Assembly: GCA_949282845.1 (NCBI GenBank)
Contig: CASDQF010000022.1
Location: 1-58,467, forward strand
Length of the DNA: 58,467 nt
Reading direction: 5' to 3'
From: an uncultured Alphaproteobacteria bacterium
GTDB lineage: Bacteria > Pseudomonadota > Alphaproteobacteria > CAAHEQ01 > UBA3637
The notes below the pieces were generated by a model that was not told the origin of the DNA, ran no database searches, and saw nothing but the letters and a program-made list of their open reading frames with translations. This document shows, in pieces, positions 44,827 through 53,394 of this stretch; positions within the stretch are counted from its first letter, which is position 1, and every line of letters begins with the position of its first letter. The position numbers and the translations under genes were made by a program.

Positions 44827-46575
44827 CTACATCTCCTTTGCCGGGACCACACCAAAAATAGATAAGCCAGCTGCGATAACATAAGTTACAGCCATAATTA
44901 AAGCCAATCTAGAACGAGATAATTCTTTGTTTTTCTCATCTAAAAAACGCATTTGAACATCATCTCGTCCTTTGTTCCACAATGCATGAAAAGCAGAAGC
45001 CAAATCATATAAATAATAAGCTATCCGATGCGGCTCATTGGCTTCTGCAGCCAATTCCACTTGTCTTGGAAAAGCTGACAATGTCCGAATAAGAGCTATT
45101 TCAGTTTCATCTGTTAATAATGTCATATCTGCTTTTTCCAGTCCTTCCAAAATATCTGCTCCAAACATTTCAGCTGCATGCCGAAAAACAGAATGGGCAC
45201 GAGCATGAGCATATTGGACATAAAAAACGGGATTATCTTTCGATTGTTCTTTGACTTTAACAAAATCAAAATCCAACTGGCTGTCATTTTTACGCGTAAG
45301 CATGAAAAAACGAGCAACATCTTTACCAATTTGATTTAAAAGATCGGCAAAGCTCACAAAAGTTCCAGCCCTTTTTGACATCTTCAGCGGTTGACCATTT
45401 TGCGTAAAATTAACCATTTGAACGAGTTTAATATCTAAATCGGCCTCACCATTTGTCACGGCTTTTACTGCTGACTTCAAACGTGTCACATAACCGGCAT
45501 GATCAGCACCTAAAACCATAATCAGTTTTTTAAATCCTCTGGAAAACTTATCATATTGATACGCAATGTCTGGTGTAAAATAGGTATAAGTTCCATCCGA
45601 ACGCATTAACGGACGATCAGCTTCATCTCCGAATTCCGTTGATTTAAATATCGTCATTTCCTGAGGCTCCCAATCTTCCGGAGCTTTAGCACTTTTAGGT
45701 TTTTCTAATATTCCTTTATATATTAAATGACGACTTCTAAGAATATCCAAGGCCTTTTCAATACCTCCGGACTCTTTAATCGCTCGTTCAGAAGAAAAAA
45801 CATCAAAATGAATCCCTAATAAATCCAAATCAGCTTTAATCAGTTCCATCATTTTTTGAACAGCGATATCTCGAAAATAATCATGGCAGTCTTTTTCTTC
45901 CACATTCATCCATTTATCGCCGTCTTTTTCAGCAATATAAGCACCGACAGGCTTTAAATAATCTCCCGGATAATATCCCTCAGGTATTTCACCAATATCT
46001 TCACCCATTGCTTCTCGATAGCGCAAATAAGCTGAACGAGCCAACTTATCAACTTGTGCGCCGGCATCATTCATATAATATTCTCGAGTAACATCAAAAC
46101 CTGCTTTTTGTAACAATCCAGCCAAAGCATCTCCAAAAATAGCACCACGCGAATGACCAACATGCATTGGACCAGTTGGGTTAACAGAGACAAACTCCAC
46201 ATTGACTTTCTCTCCACCACCCATATCAGAGTCTCCATAACGTTCTTTTTCTAAAAGAACTGTCCGTAATTGTTGATACCAAAAAGAGTTAGATAATTTA
46301 AGATTGATAAATCCGGGACCCGCTACTTCAACTGTTTCGACGGATGGCAATTTCTGCAACTCTTCTGCCAATAATGAAGCAAAATCTCTGGGTTTCATCT
46401 GAAGCTGTCCCGCCACCACCATTGCTACGTTTGAAGCAACATCTCCATGAGCAGAATCACGAGGAGGCTCTGTCGTCATCCGAGACAAATCCGGCATATG
46501 ATTGATTTTTTTATCTTCTGCTAACTTTTGAATAGTTTGCTGAATGTCACTTTTTAAAGCGGTAAATATATTCAT
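44827..46575 (-). CDS. argS: Arginine--tRNA ligase
   Basis: Trimmed to MNIFTALK (RBS AGGAAAGGA). NPTGPMHVGHSRG and MSKRAG class I motifs. Confidence 0.95.
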   Translation of the reverse strand: MNIFTALKSDIQQTIQKLAEDKKINHMPDLSRMTTEPPRDSAHGDVASNVAMVVAGQLQMKPRDFASLLAEELQKLPSVETVEVAGPGFINLKLSNSFWYQQLRTVLLEKERYGDSDMGGGEKVNVEFVSVNPTGPMHVGHSRGAIFGDALAGLLQKAGFDVTREYYMNDAGAQVDKLARSAYLRYREAMGEDIGEIPEGYYPGDYLKPVGAYIAEKDGDKWMNVEEKDCHDYFRDIAVQKMMELIKADLDLLGIHFDVFSSERAIKESGGIEKALDILRSRHLIYKGILEKPKSAKAPEDWEPQEMTIFKSTEFGDEADRPLMRSDGTYTYFTPDIAYQYDKFSRGFKKLIMVLGADHAGYVTRLKSAVKAVTNGEADLDIKLVQMVNFTQNGQPLKMSKRAGTFVSFADLLNQIGKDVARFFMLTRKNDSQLDFDFVKVKEQSKDNPVFYVQYAHARAHSVFRHAAEMFGADILEGLEKADMTLLTDETEIALIRTLSAFPRQVELAAEANEPHRIAYYLYDLASAFHALWNKGRDDVQMRFLDEKNKELSRSRLALIMAVTYVIAAGLSIFGVVPAKEM

Positions 46576-46660
46576 TTGAAGTCCTTTCCTTTCCTTCAAA
46601 ATAATCGAATTTTAAAACAAATACAAGAAGATTTTATTAAGAAAAAAATAAAAAAATAAC

Positions 46661-47398
46661 CTAAATTGAAAAACTTTCACCTAAATAAATTTTTCGAACT
46701 CGCTCATCTGCAACGATTTCATCAGGTACACCTTCTTTTAACATAATACCGTCACTCAAAATATACGCACGATCTATAATCCCTAATGTTTCTCTCACAT
46801 TATGATCTGTGATTAAAACACCCAAGCCTCTATTTTTTAAATGAGCGACTAAATCACGAATTTCTGCCACAGCTATAGGATCAATACCGGCAAGAGGCTC
46901 ATCCAATAGAATAAAAGACGGATTCGAAGCCAAAGCCCTTGCAATTTCCAATCGACGTCGTTCACCTCCTGACAATGCCTTAGAAGGAGCTTGACGTAAA
47001 TGAGAAATAGAAAATTCACCTAATAATGCATCCAACCGTGCTTCTCGAGCTGTTGCATCAGCTTCGACAACCTCTAAAACTGCCATAATATTTTGTTCTA
47101 CTGTTAACCCTCTAAAAATAGAAGACTCCTGCGGTAGATAACCTATGCCCAGTCGAGAGCGTTGATACATTGGCAAAGATGTAATATCAATTCCATTTAA
47201 TAAAATCTGACCAAAATTAGGTTTAATCAATCCTGTAATACAGTAAAAACATGTGGTTTTCCCAGCACCATTCGGTCCTAACAGACCAACAGCTTCTCCT
47301 TGATGAACAGATAAGGAAATATCTCGAAGAACCGTCCTATTCTTATAAGATTTTCCAATATTTTTAGCAATCAAACCACGTTCTTTTTTTATTTCCAT
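46661..47398 (-). CDS. lptB: LPS export ABC transporter ATP-binding protein
   Basis: GPNGAGKTT, LSGGERRRLEIARAL, LLDEP. It lies downstream of the lptC/lptA-like gene. Confidence 0.92.
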   Translation of the reverse strand: MEIKKERGLIAKNIGKSYKNRTVLRDISLSVHQGEAVGLLGPNGAGKTTCFYCITGLIKPNFGQILLNGIDITSLPMYQRSRLGIGYLPQESSIFRGLTVEQNIMAVLEVVEADATAREARLDALLGEFSISHLRQAPSKALSGGERRRLEIARALASNPSFILLDEPLAGIDPIAVAEIRDLVAHLKNRGLGVLITDHNVRETLGIIDRAYILSDGIMLKEGVPDEIVADERVRKIYLGESFSI

Positions 47399-47419
47399 AT
47401 TTGTCCCCAGACTCGCTGT

Positions 47420-48499
47420 TTACTTTACTTTATCTTTTTTTATCTGAGTTGGCAACAAAATCCCACGTACACGACCGCCTGTATTAGGAAGCTTTCTATC
47501 AACCTCTAACTGACTGGAACCTTTTTTCATATCAACAACAGCTCTATCGCCACTCATCTCTCCTTCTTGACGTTCAACATGAACAGCTCCTGTAATAAAA
47601 GCCTTTTCCGTTACCATGTTATAAAAAGCATCATTTCCTGTAATCGTTTCCGTTGGTGTCACAATTTTCACATGCCCGACAGCTTTTATTGACTGCAATT
47701 CATATTTACCTCTTGTGACTTCCTCATAAAAACCGATAATTTTATCCGCATAAAGTTGATTGTCTGCTCGTGTTAAAACAGCATTACCTTTAGCTGTCAG
47801 CGTTTTTTCTGTTTGCCGAACCTCAAGGCCTTTTTGGCTTGTCACAATAACTGTTTCCCCTGCTTCAGGTTGTTTTACGATAAGCTTTGAATTACCAAAA
47901 AAATCTATTTTATCCCCATTATCCCACATCTTAAATCCCTCGGCAGCCAAAGACCCCTTCGGACCTTCTATAGCGATAGGATATGAACTTTCTGCTGATT
48001 TTTTCTTATGATACAAAGTGACATGCGACAAATTTCCCTCATAGCCATTATCAGTCGTAATTTTCACTTTATCATTAAATACCAAAATCTGTGTTCCTTG
48101 GTAAAATAAACCGAAAGGAGAAGAAGTTAATATCTTAACTCCAGAATTTAAAGTCATTTCTCCTTTAGGATTATCCATACGAACTAATTGTTGATCAGGA
48201 TCTGTCTCTAAAACTTTTTCTGATACAATCGTAAAAGGTTGTCCTTTTTCATCTTCTGAAAAAAATTGCACTTTTGTCATGTCAATGTTCGCTTTTGTAG
48301 AAAAATGAAGCGGTGAAACCTTCAACAACGAATCTATAAAGCTCTTTTGTTTTACTAATTGCGGCCACAGCAATAAACTTGCAGCAATTATAAATGCCAC
48401 AAAGGGAAATAAAAATCGTAAAAAACGTATAAAACGACGATGATTACGAATAGATCTGCTTGCAGTTCTCACCTCTATACAACTCCTGCCTGCATGCAT
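47420..48499 (-). CDS. Apparent LptC-LptA fusion (TM anchor + LptC-like domain + OstA/LptA-like domain)
   Basis: An N-terminal TM helix (FPFVAFIIAASLLLW), then ~180 aa of LptC-like beta-jellyroll. From ~aa 215 it reads VIVTSQKGLEV...LTAKGNAVLTRADNQLYADKIIGFY...AVGHVKI...ITGNDAFYN...ITGAVHVERQEGEMSGDRAVVDMKKG, the OstA_N pattern. There is no internal stop. Confidence 0.65.
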   Translation of the reverse strand: MHAGRSCIEVRTASRSIRNHRRFIRFLRFLFPFVAFIIAASLLLWPQLVKQKSFIDSLLKVSPLHFSTKANIDMTKVQFFSEDEKGQPFTIVSEKVLETDPDQQLVRMDNPKGEMTLNSGVKILTSSPFGLFYQGTQILVFNDKVKITTDNGYEGNLSHVTLYHKKKSAESSYPIAIEGPKGSLAAEGFKMWDNGDKIDFFGNSKLIVKQPEAGETVIVTSQKGLEVRQTEKTLTAKGNAVLTRADNQLYADKIIGFYEEVTRGKYELQSIKAVGHVKIVTPTETITGNDAFYNMVTEKAFITGAVHVERQEGEMSGDRAVVDMKKGSSQLEVDRKLPNTGGRVRGILLPTQIKKDKVK

Positions 48500-49437
48500 T
48501 GGTGAATATGTAAAAGACCTTCTGGCTTCCCATCTGTATCAACAGCAAAAACGTTTGTAATCTTCTTTTCATTCATAAAGCGAACAGCTTCAGCAGCCAA
48601 CATTTCTCCGTTAATCGTTTTTGGAGACTTTGTCATAACTTCATCTACTGTTAAAGATAAAAGAGATGGGCTCATATGACGACGTAAATCTCCATCAGTA
48701 ATCATCCCAATCAATCGGCCATTTGCATCTATCACACCGACACAGCCAAGACTTTTCCCTGTCATTTCGATCAGTGCTTGTGTCATTGTTGTCCCCTCCG
48801 AAACAACCGGCATATCAGAACCTTTAGCCATAAGTTCCTTTACTTTTAACAACATAGCTCCAAGTTTTCCTCCTGGATGTCTATCCCGATAAAGTTCTTT
48901 TGTAAAACCTTTAAGCTCTAAAAGAGTCATAGCAAGCGCATCCCCCAATGCTAATGATAAAGTTGTCGATGTTGTTGGAGCCATACCAAAAGAACAAGCC
49001 TCTTCAAAAGGAGGATAACATAAAATAATATCAGAAGCTTTTGCTAAAGTGCTATTAGCATTTCCTACCATGCAAATCATTTTAATACCAAAACGATGTG
49101 CAAATGCAATAATGTCCGCTAATTCTTTTGATTCCCCCGAATTAGATAAAGCTAAAATCGTGTCTTCGGTTGTCAACATTCCTAAATCACCATGACTAGC
49201 TTCTGCCGGATGAACAAAAAAAGCCGGCGTTCCGACAGATGCAAGCGTCGCCGCAATTTTCTTACCTATATGTCCTGATTTTCCCATTCCTGTCACAATA
49301 ATCCGACCTTTGGTTTTAAGCATCATATCTATCGCATCGCAAAAAGCTTCTCCCAATGATTGAGATAATGATTTAATTGCATCCGCTTCCATATCTAAAA
49401 CGTGCCGCCCTTGGGCTATAATTTCTTGTTTATCCAT
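48475..49437 (-). CDS. kdsD: Arabinose-5-phosphate isomerase (SIS + tandem CBS)
   Basis: GRIIVTGMGKSGHIGKK, SNSGES, and C-terminal CBS pairs. Confidence 0.9.
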   Translation of the reverse strand: MDKQEIIAQGRHVLDMEADAIKSLSQSLGEAFCDAIDMMLKTKGRIIVTGMGKSGHIGKKIAATLASVGTPAFFVHPAEASHGDLGMLTTEDTILALSNSGESKELADIIAFAHRFGIKMICMVGNANSTLAKASDIILCYPPFEEACSFGMAPTTSTTLSLALGDALAMTLLELKGFTKELYRDRHPGGKLGAMLLKVKELMAKGSDMPVVSEGTTMTQALIEMTGKSLGCVGVIDANGRLIGMITDGDLRRHMSPSLLSLTVDEVMTKSPKTINGEMLAAEAVRFMNEKKITNVFAVDTDGKPEGLLHIHQCMQAGVV

Positions 49438-49449
49438 TTTTTCCTCTGT

Positions 49450-50061
49450 TTAATGTTCGAATATATCAGGTTGTGCAAAACCTAATAAGTCTAACTCTGC
49501 TCGAGTTGACATAAAGTCAAAGCAAGCTTGTGCCAATTGACTTCGCCCCTCTCGTTCTAAAAGCTTCTCTAATTTTTCTTTTAATGCATGCAAATATAAA
49601 ACATCTCCAGCTGCATATTTTTTCTGCTCTTCTGTTAAGTTCGGAGCCCCCCAATCAGAAAGTTGCTGTTCTTTTGACAACTCTATGCCTAATAACTCTT
49701 GACATAAAGTTTTTAAACTATGAGAGGGTGCCGACGGACGAACTAACTTATGTGCAATTTTCGTACAATAAATCGGAGCACAATCAATCCCCAAATTTTG
49801 TTTCAAAGCTGCTACATCAAATCGAGCATAATGAAAAATTTTCAAAAGCTTTTTATCTGTCAAAACTTTTTTAAGATTTTTAGGCTCAGTTCCTTTGACG
49901 ATTTGTGTCAGATAAGCATTCCCTTTACCATCTCCGATTTGGACAAGGCACAATCGATCCCGATGAAGGTTTAATCCCATAGTTTCTGTATCAACTGCGA
50001 TAGAAGTCTGAAATGAAACTGTATCCGGAAGGTCTCCCTGGAAAAAGAAAATCTCTCCCAT
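49450..50061 (-). CDS. Small RNase D-family 3'-5' exonuclease (DEDD)
   Basis: Trimmed to MGEIFFFQGDL so that it no longer overlaps tRNA-Leu. Motifs VDTETMGL, FHYARFDV and YAAGDVLYL. Confidence 0.8.
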   Translation of the reverse strand: MGEIFFFQGDLPDTVSFQTSIAVDTETMGLNLHRDRLCLVQIGDGKGNAYLTQIVKGTEPKNLKKVLTDKKLLKIFHYARFDVAALKQNLGIDCAPIYCTKIAHKLVRPSAPSHSLKTLCQELLGIELSKEQQLSDWGAPNLTEEQKKYAAGDVLYLHALKEKLEKLLEREGRSQLAQACFDFMSTRAELDLLGFAQPDIFEH

Positions 50062-50082
50062 ATTATAAAATCCTTTTCTGTA

Positions 50083-50167
50083 TGGTGCCCGGAAGAGGAC
50101 TCGAACCTCCATGTCTTGCAACACTCGCACCTGAAACGAGCGCGTCTACCAATTCCGCCATCCGGGC
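50083..50167 (-). tRNA. tRNA-Leu (anticodon CAG), long variable arm, CCA encoded
   Basis: The reverse strand reads GCCCGGATGGCGGAATTGGTAGACGCG CTCGT TT-CAG-GT GCGAG TGTTGCAAGACAT GGAGGTTCGAGTCCTCT TCCGGGCACCA. Confidence 0.9.
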
Positions 50168-50187
50168 TTTTTCAGTCAATGGGTTTA

Positions 50188-50216
50188 GAAATATCCTTTT
50201 TCTAAAGAATTGTCAA
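50188..50216 (-). promoter_or_regulatory. Possible promoter for tRNA-Leu
   Basis: The reverse strand reads TTGACA (50216-50211), a 17-nt spacer, then TATTTC (50193-50188). The -10 element is weak. Confidence 0.3.
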
Positions 50217-50444
50217 CTTTTTTTCATTAAATTCAAATAAAAATCTTATACTCATGTATTATTCTATTGTGCATAATAAATTAATTCACAAGCAAATAAA
50301 AAAGAAAAAATCTATTTATACCTATTTCAGTTTTTTTAAAAAAATAATTTATTGATATTTTCCAGAAAAAGAAACTCTACTTTCACAATTAAGTAATATT
50401 GCTTCTTTTCTAGTGCTCTACTATCCTTTGAAAAGGAGGTAAGT

Positions 50445-51197
50445 ATGCGTTTATCTAAAAAAATATTTTTTTTATCAACCTGTCTCATTGGAAGTTTTTT
50501 AACATGTTCTACTGAAGCTCGTCTCATTCAGCGACAAGCCTATATGATTTGTAAAACTGACGAAGTAGCTTTTTGGAACGGCTCTTCTGGTCAATGTTGC
50601 AGAGGAGACATTTTTAAGGCTTTAGAAACCAATAATTATCAATGTTGTGAAACACCAAATGTTATAAGTACCGTTCTCGGAAACCCTTATTTAAAATCGT
50701 GTTGTCCTCCTGGACAAACGCCATATACCACCTCCACGCCTTCCAATCCTGAAACATCTACTCTTTCTTGGTGTTGTGATGGAGATGCATCTGAAGTAGC
50801 AGGACGTTCCGGCTTCTTTAAGTGTTGTGGAAAAGGAGAAAAAGCTTTTTGGGATGGCTCTAATGAACAATGTTGCAATGGTGCACCAGTTCCTGTCGCT
50901 GGCTGGGGAGGAGAAGTTCACCATTGTTGCCCAGAAGGATCTACTGCATATGCTCATCAGGGCTCGCTTGGAGAATGTTGCACTGCTGAAAAACCAGCTG
51001 CCGTGGTAGAAGGCCGTTCTTCTCTTGCATTTTGTTGTCCGCCTGGTGTCAAAGCGGCGATGAATGATGGTTGTTGTCTTGATGGAACAGTTCCTGCCTA
51101 CAGCGAAACATCCTCATATCCCGTCAAATGTTGTAAAGCAGGACAAATTGCTGTTTATAACAAATATCAGTATAAATATGACTGTAAGGATGCATAA
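50445..51197 (+). CDS. Secreted cysteine-doublet repeat protein (11 CC pairs), no family recognised
   Basis: Signal peptide MRLSKKIFFLSTCLIGSFLTCSTEA and RBS AAGGAGG. The mature part has 11 CC doublets plus one single Cys near each end. Confidence 0.7.
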   Translation: MRLSKKIFFLSTCLIGSFLTCSTEARLIQRQAYMICKTDEVAFWNGSSGQCCRGDIFKALETNNYQCCETPNVISTVLGNPYLKSCCPPGQTPYTTSTPSNPETSTLSWCCDGDASEVAGRSGFFKCCGKGEKAFWDGSNEQCCNGAPVPVAGWGGEVHHCCPEGSTAYAHQGSLGECCTAEKPAAVVEGRSSLAFCCPPGVKAAMNDGCCLDGTVPAYSETSSYPVKCCKAGQIAVYNKYQYKYDCKDA

Positions 51198-51241
51198 ATC
51201 ATCTCATAATGAGATATCATAAGATGAAAGGCTTAAGGCAT

Positions 51242-53392
51242 TTAACCTTCAACCTTTAAAGCATCCAGCTGAATATCCAAAGCATGACGTCGTCCCTCTT
51301 TTTCTTTTTGAGCTTTTAAAAATGCAGGAACAGCAGTAGCTGGCGGAATTTTTGATTTAATGCTTAATTCTTTATTATTATAAAATAACGGTGCTTTCGC
51401 TTGAACAGGTAAATGATAAAAGCCGGAAATTAAAACCAATTGCTGATCCATGGCCAATTTTAGAATACCTGTTCCGCCGATAACCGTATCCTTAATTCTT
51501 TTAAATCCTCCTTTATCAATAAAAGGATTAACTTTAGGACCAAATCCGACTTCTCCTCCATGAGATCCTTCGACACGACGTGTCAAAGGCATAATTCCTG
51601 CCATCATTTTATTTCGTGTTTCGGGATTATTCTGACGCTTAATTATCTTCGCCGCCACCGAACTTAATATAATATCTGTTACATTTTCTCCATACTTAGC
51701 CGAAATTTGATGCCAGTCTTGCACAACAACCAAAAATATGTTTTGTTTAGAACGTCCAAATGTAATACCATCTGCAATAGACTGTAACTTTGGCATACGC
51801 GCAAAATCATCCAAAATAAACTCAACAGCAAAAGGCCCCATATCTCCTTCATTAGGTCCTTTATCCATCAGAGAACCACACACCATGTTAATAAATAATG
51901 TGCAAACAGCCCCTCCTTCATTGTTGACATAAAATGTCACTGGACGATACTGACCCGTTGCCGGATCTTTTATTCCTCGCAAGTCTTTATAAGTAAAGTC
52001 ATTCGAAGATGTTCTGTCACGAATAGCACTGTTTTTAAATAATTCTATACCTGTTTGAGCCATAGAAAGAACAGAGGCTCTTTGTTTATCCGGCAAAGAT
52101 AATACTTGGTTTAACTCTAACAACGCGCGACGACCATATCCATACAGAAAAGTTTCATTAACAATTGTATCTAAAATAATCTGCCAAACATCTAAGCTCA
52201 TTGCCATCATATCGCCCATGTCTCTTTTGGCTCGCAAAATTTTAGTTTGGCTAAACATCCAGTTATTTAATAAATCTAATAGCATCCCAAAAGAAGCTTC
52301 TCGACCCACCCAATTATGAGGCAAAGGATCCCATGTTCCAATTGGAACATAATTTTCAGAATTCAGTTTATTTTGATGAAGAGCTTCTAATGCTTGCATC
52401 ACTTCATCCGTTTGCTGCATTCCTTGATAATAGCTTTCCAAAACATCTAAATCTTCTTTATCTAACTTACCTTTTGCTAGCTTTGCGACGAAGTAATCAT
52501 TTGCCTTTGCTTGCTCTACTTTATTTGTTAAGTAAAGTGTTAAACCTGTCAAACAAGAGCGTCCGGCCTTTACCCAATAAGGGTCCGTTCCTTCCGGCCC
52601 ATCAGGAATTAAAAAAGCAATCAAAGTATCGATATAACTATCTCGTCCTTTATGAACAGGCGGCATATTATTTTCATTCAAGGGGTTCCAACAAGGATAA
52701 TACTTTCCTTCTTCCGGCTTATCTGCCAATGAAAAATCTAAAATAAAGACCGGTCCTTTTGTTGCTCGATAGCCACTAGTTGTTTTAGCAAGTTCTCCTT
52801 TTGGATCATGAATAAACAAACAAGCATTATCTGCTTTTAAAATGTTAGGGACAACCACACCAACTGTTTTTCCGGATAAGGGAGCTCCGATACAAAAAGC
52901 GGAACGAGTATCTGGCAAACGCATTGGATATCCTTTTAAATCTCCCAAATACAAATACTTGCCAGGATAAACACCCATACGTTTTAAGTCTGAAGGCCTT
53001 GCCTCTCGACCATATCCAAAATATTGGGGAGCATAATCATACGGATTATTAACAATCAGATATACAACTGACATGACTAAAAACAAAGTCGGCAATAAAG
53101 GTAAGCGCCAACGAATAAAAGATGACCAAGTCGTATGAACTGGCTCACTTGTCACAAAGAGAGGTATCCATTTAAAATAGCTATCGAAAACCAATAACGG
53201 ATTTAAAAGACTGGCTTTCCAAAAACGAATAGCCTTATCAAGAGCTAAAGCATCATTTCCCTCGCCGATCCAATAACCTAATGGCATTAAAAGCCATAAA
53301 AGAAACCAAAATCCGATAAACACTAAAGGAATTGTTTTTAATAAAAACTTATATGCTTTCCGACGCTGTTCATAAATAGGATCTAATCGCAT
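51242..53392 (-). CDS. Type IV secretion coupling protein, TraG/VirD4 family
   Basis: N-terminal TM helices. Walker A-like GAPLSGKTVGVVVPN, then DPKGE, CWNPL, DPYW, Walker B-like FILDDFARM, and VVQDWHQISAKYG. Confidence 0.8.
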   Translation of the reverse strand: MRLDPIYEQRRKAYKFLLKTIPLVFIGFWFLLWLLMPLGYWIGEGNDALALDKAIRFWKASLLNPLLVFDSYFKWIPLFVTSEPVHTTWSSFIRWRLPLLPTLFLVMSVVYLIVNNPYDYAPQYFGYGREARPSDLKRMGVYPGKYLYLGDLKGYPMRLPDTRSAFCIGAPLSGKTVGVVVPNILKADNACLFIHDPKGELAKTTSGYRATKGPVFILDFSLADKPEEGKYYPCWNPLNENNMPPVHKGRDSYIDTLIAFLIPDGPEGTDPYWVKAGRSCLTGLTLYLTNKVEQAKANDYFVAKLAKGKLDKEDLDVLESYYQGMQQTDEVMQALEALHQNKLNSENYVPIGTWDPLPHNWVGREASFGMLLDLLNNWMFSQTKILRAKRDMGDMMAMSLDVWQIILDTIVNETFLYGYGRRALLELNQVLSLPDKQRASVLSMAQTGIELFKNSAIRDRTSSNDFTYKDLRGIKDPATGQYRPVTFYVNNEGGAVCTLFINMVCGSLMDKGPNEGDMGPFAVEFILDDFARMPKLQSIADGITFGRSKQNIFLVVVQDWHQISAKYGENVTDIILSSVAAKIIKRQNNPETRNKMMAGIMPLTRRVEGSHGGEVGFGPKVNPFIDKGGFKRIKDTVIGGTGILKLAMDQQLVLISGFYHLPVQAKAPLFYNNKELSIKSKIPPATAVPAFLKAQKEKEGRRHALDIQLDALKVEG

Positions 53393-53394
53393 CT

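Noticed and set aside
50013-50240. 75-aa ORF on the plus strand, and the long form of the RNase D-like ORF (to 50130)
   Set aside because: Both run across tRNA-Leu (50083-50167). The exonuclease has a good internal start at 50061.
50592-50606. RGD tripeptide after the first CC doublet of the secreted protein, as an integrin-binding motif
   Set aside because: A single tripeptide is expected by chance. It is mentioned in the finding but not used as evidence.
51201-51215. Palindrome ATCTCAT-a-ATGAGAT between the convergent CC-ladder and coupling-protein genes, as a possible terminator
   Set aside because: The loop is too small for the full stem to form, the stem is AT-rich and there is no U-tract. 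At best it is a weak hairpin.
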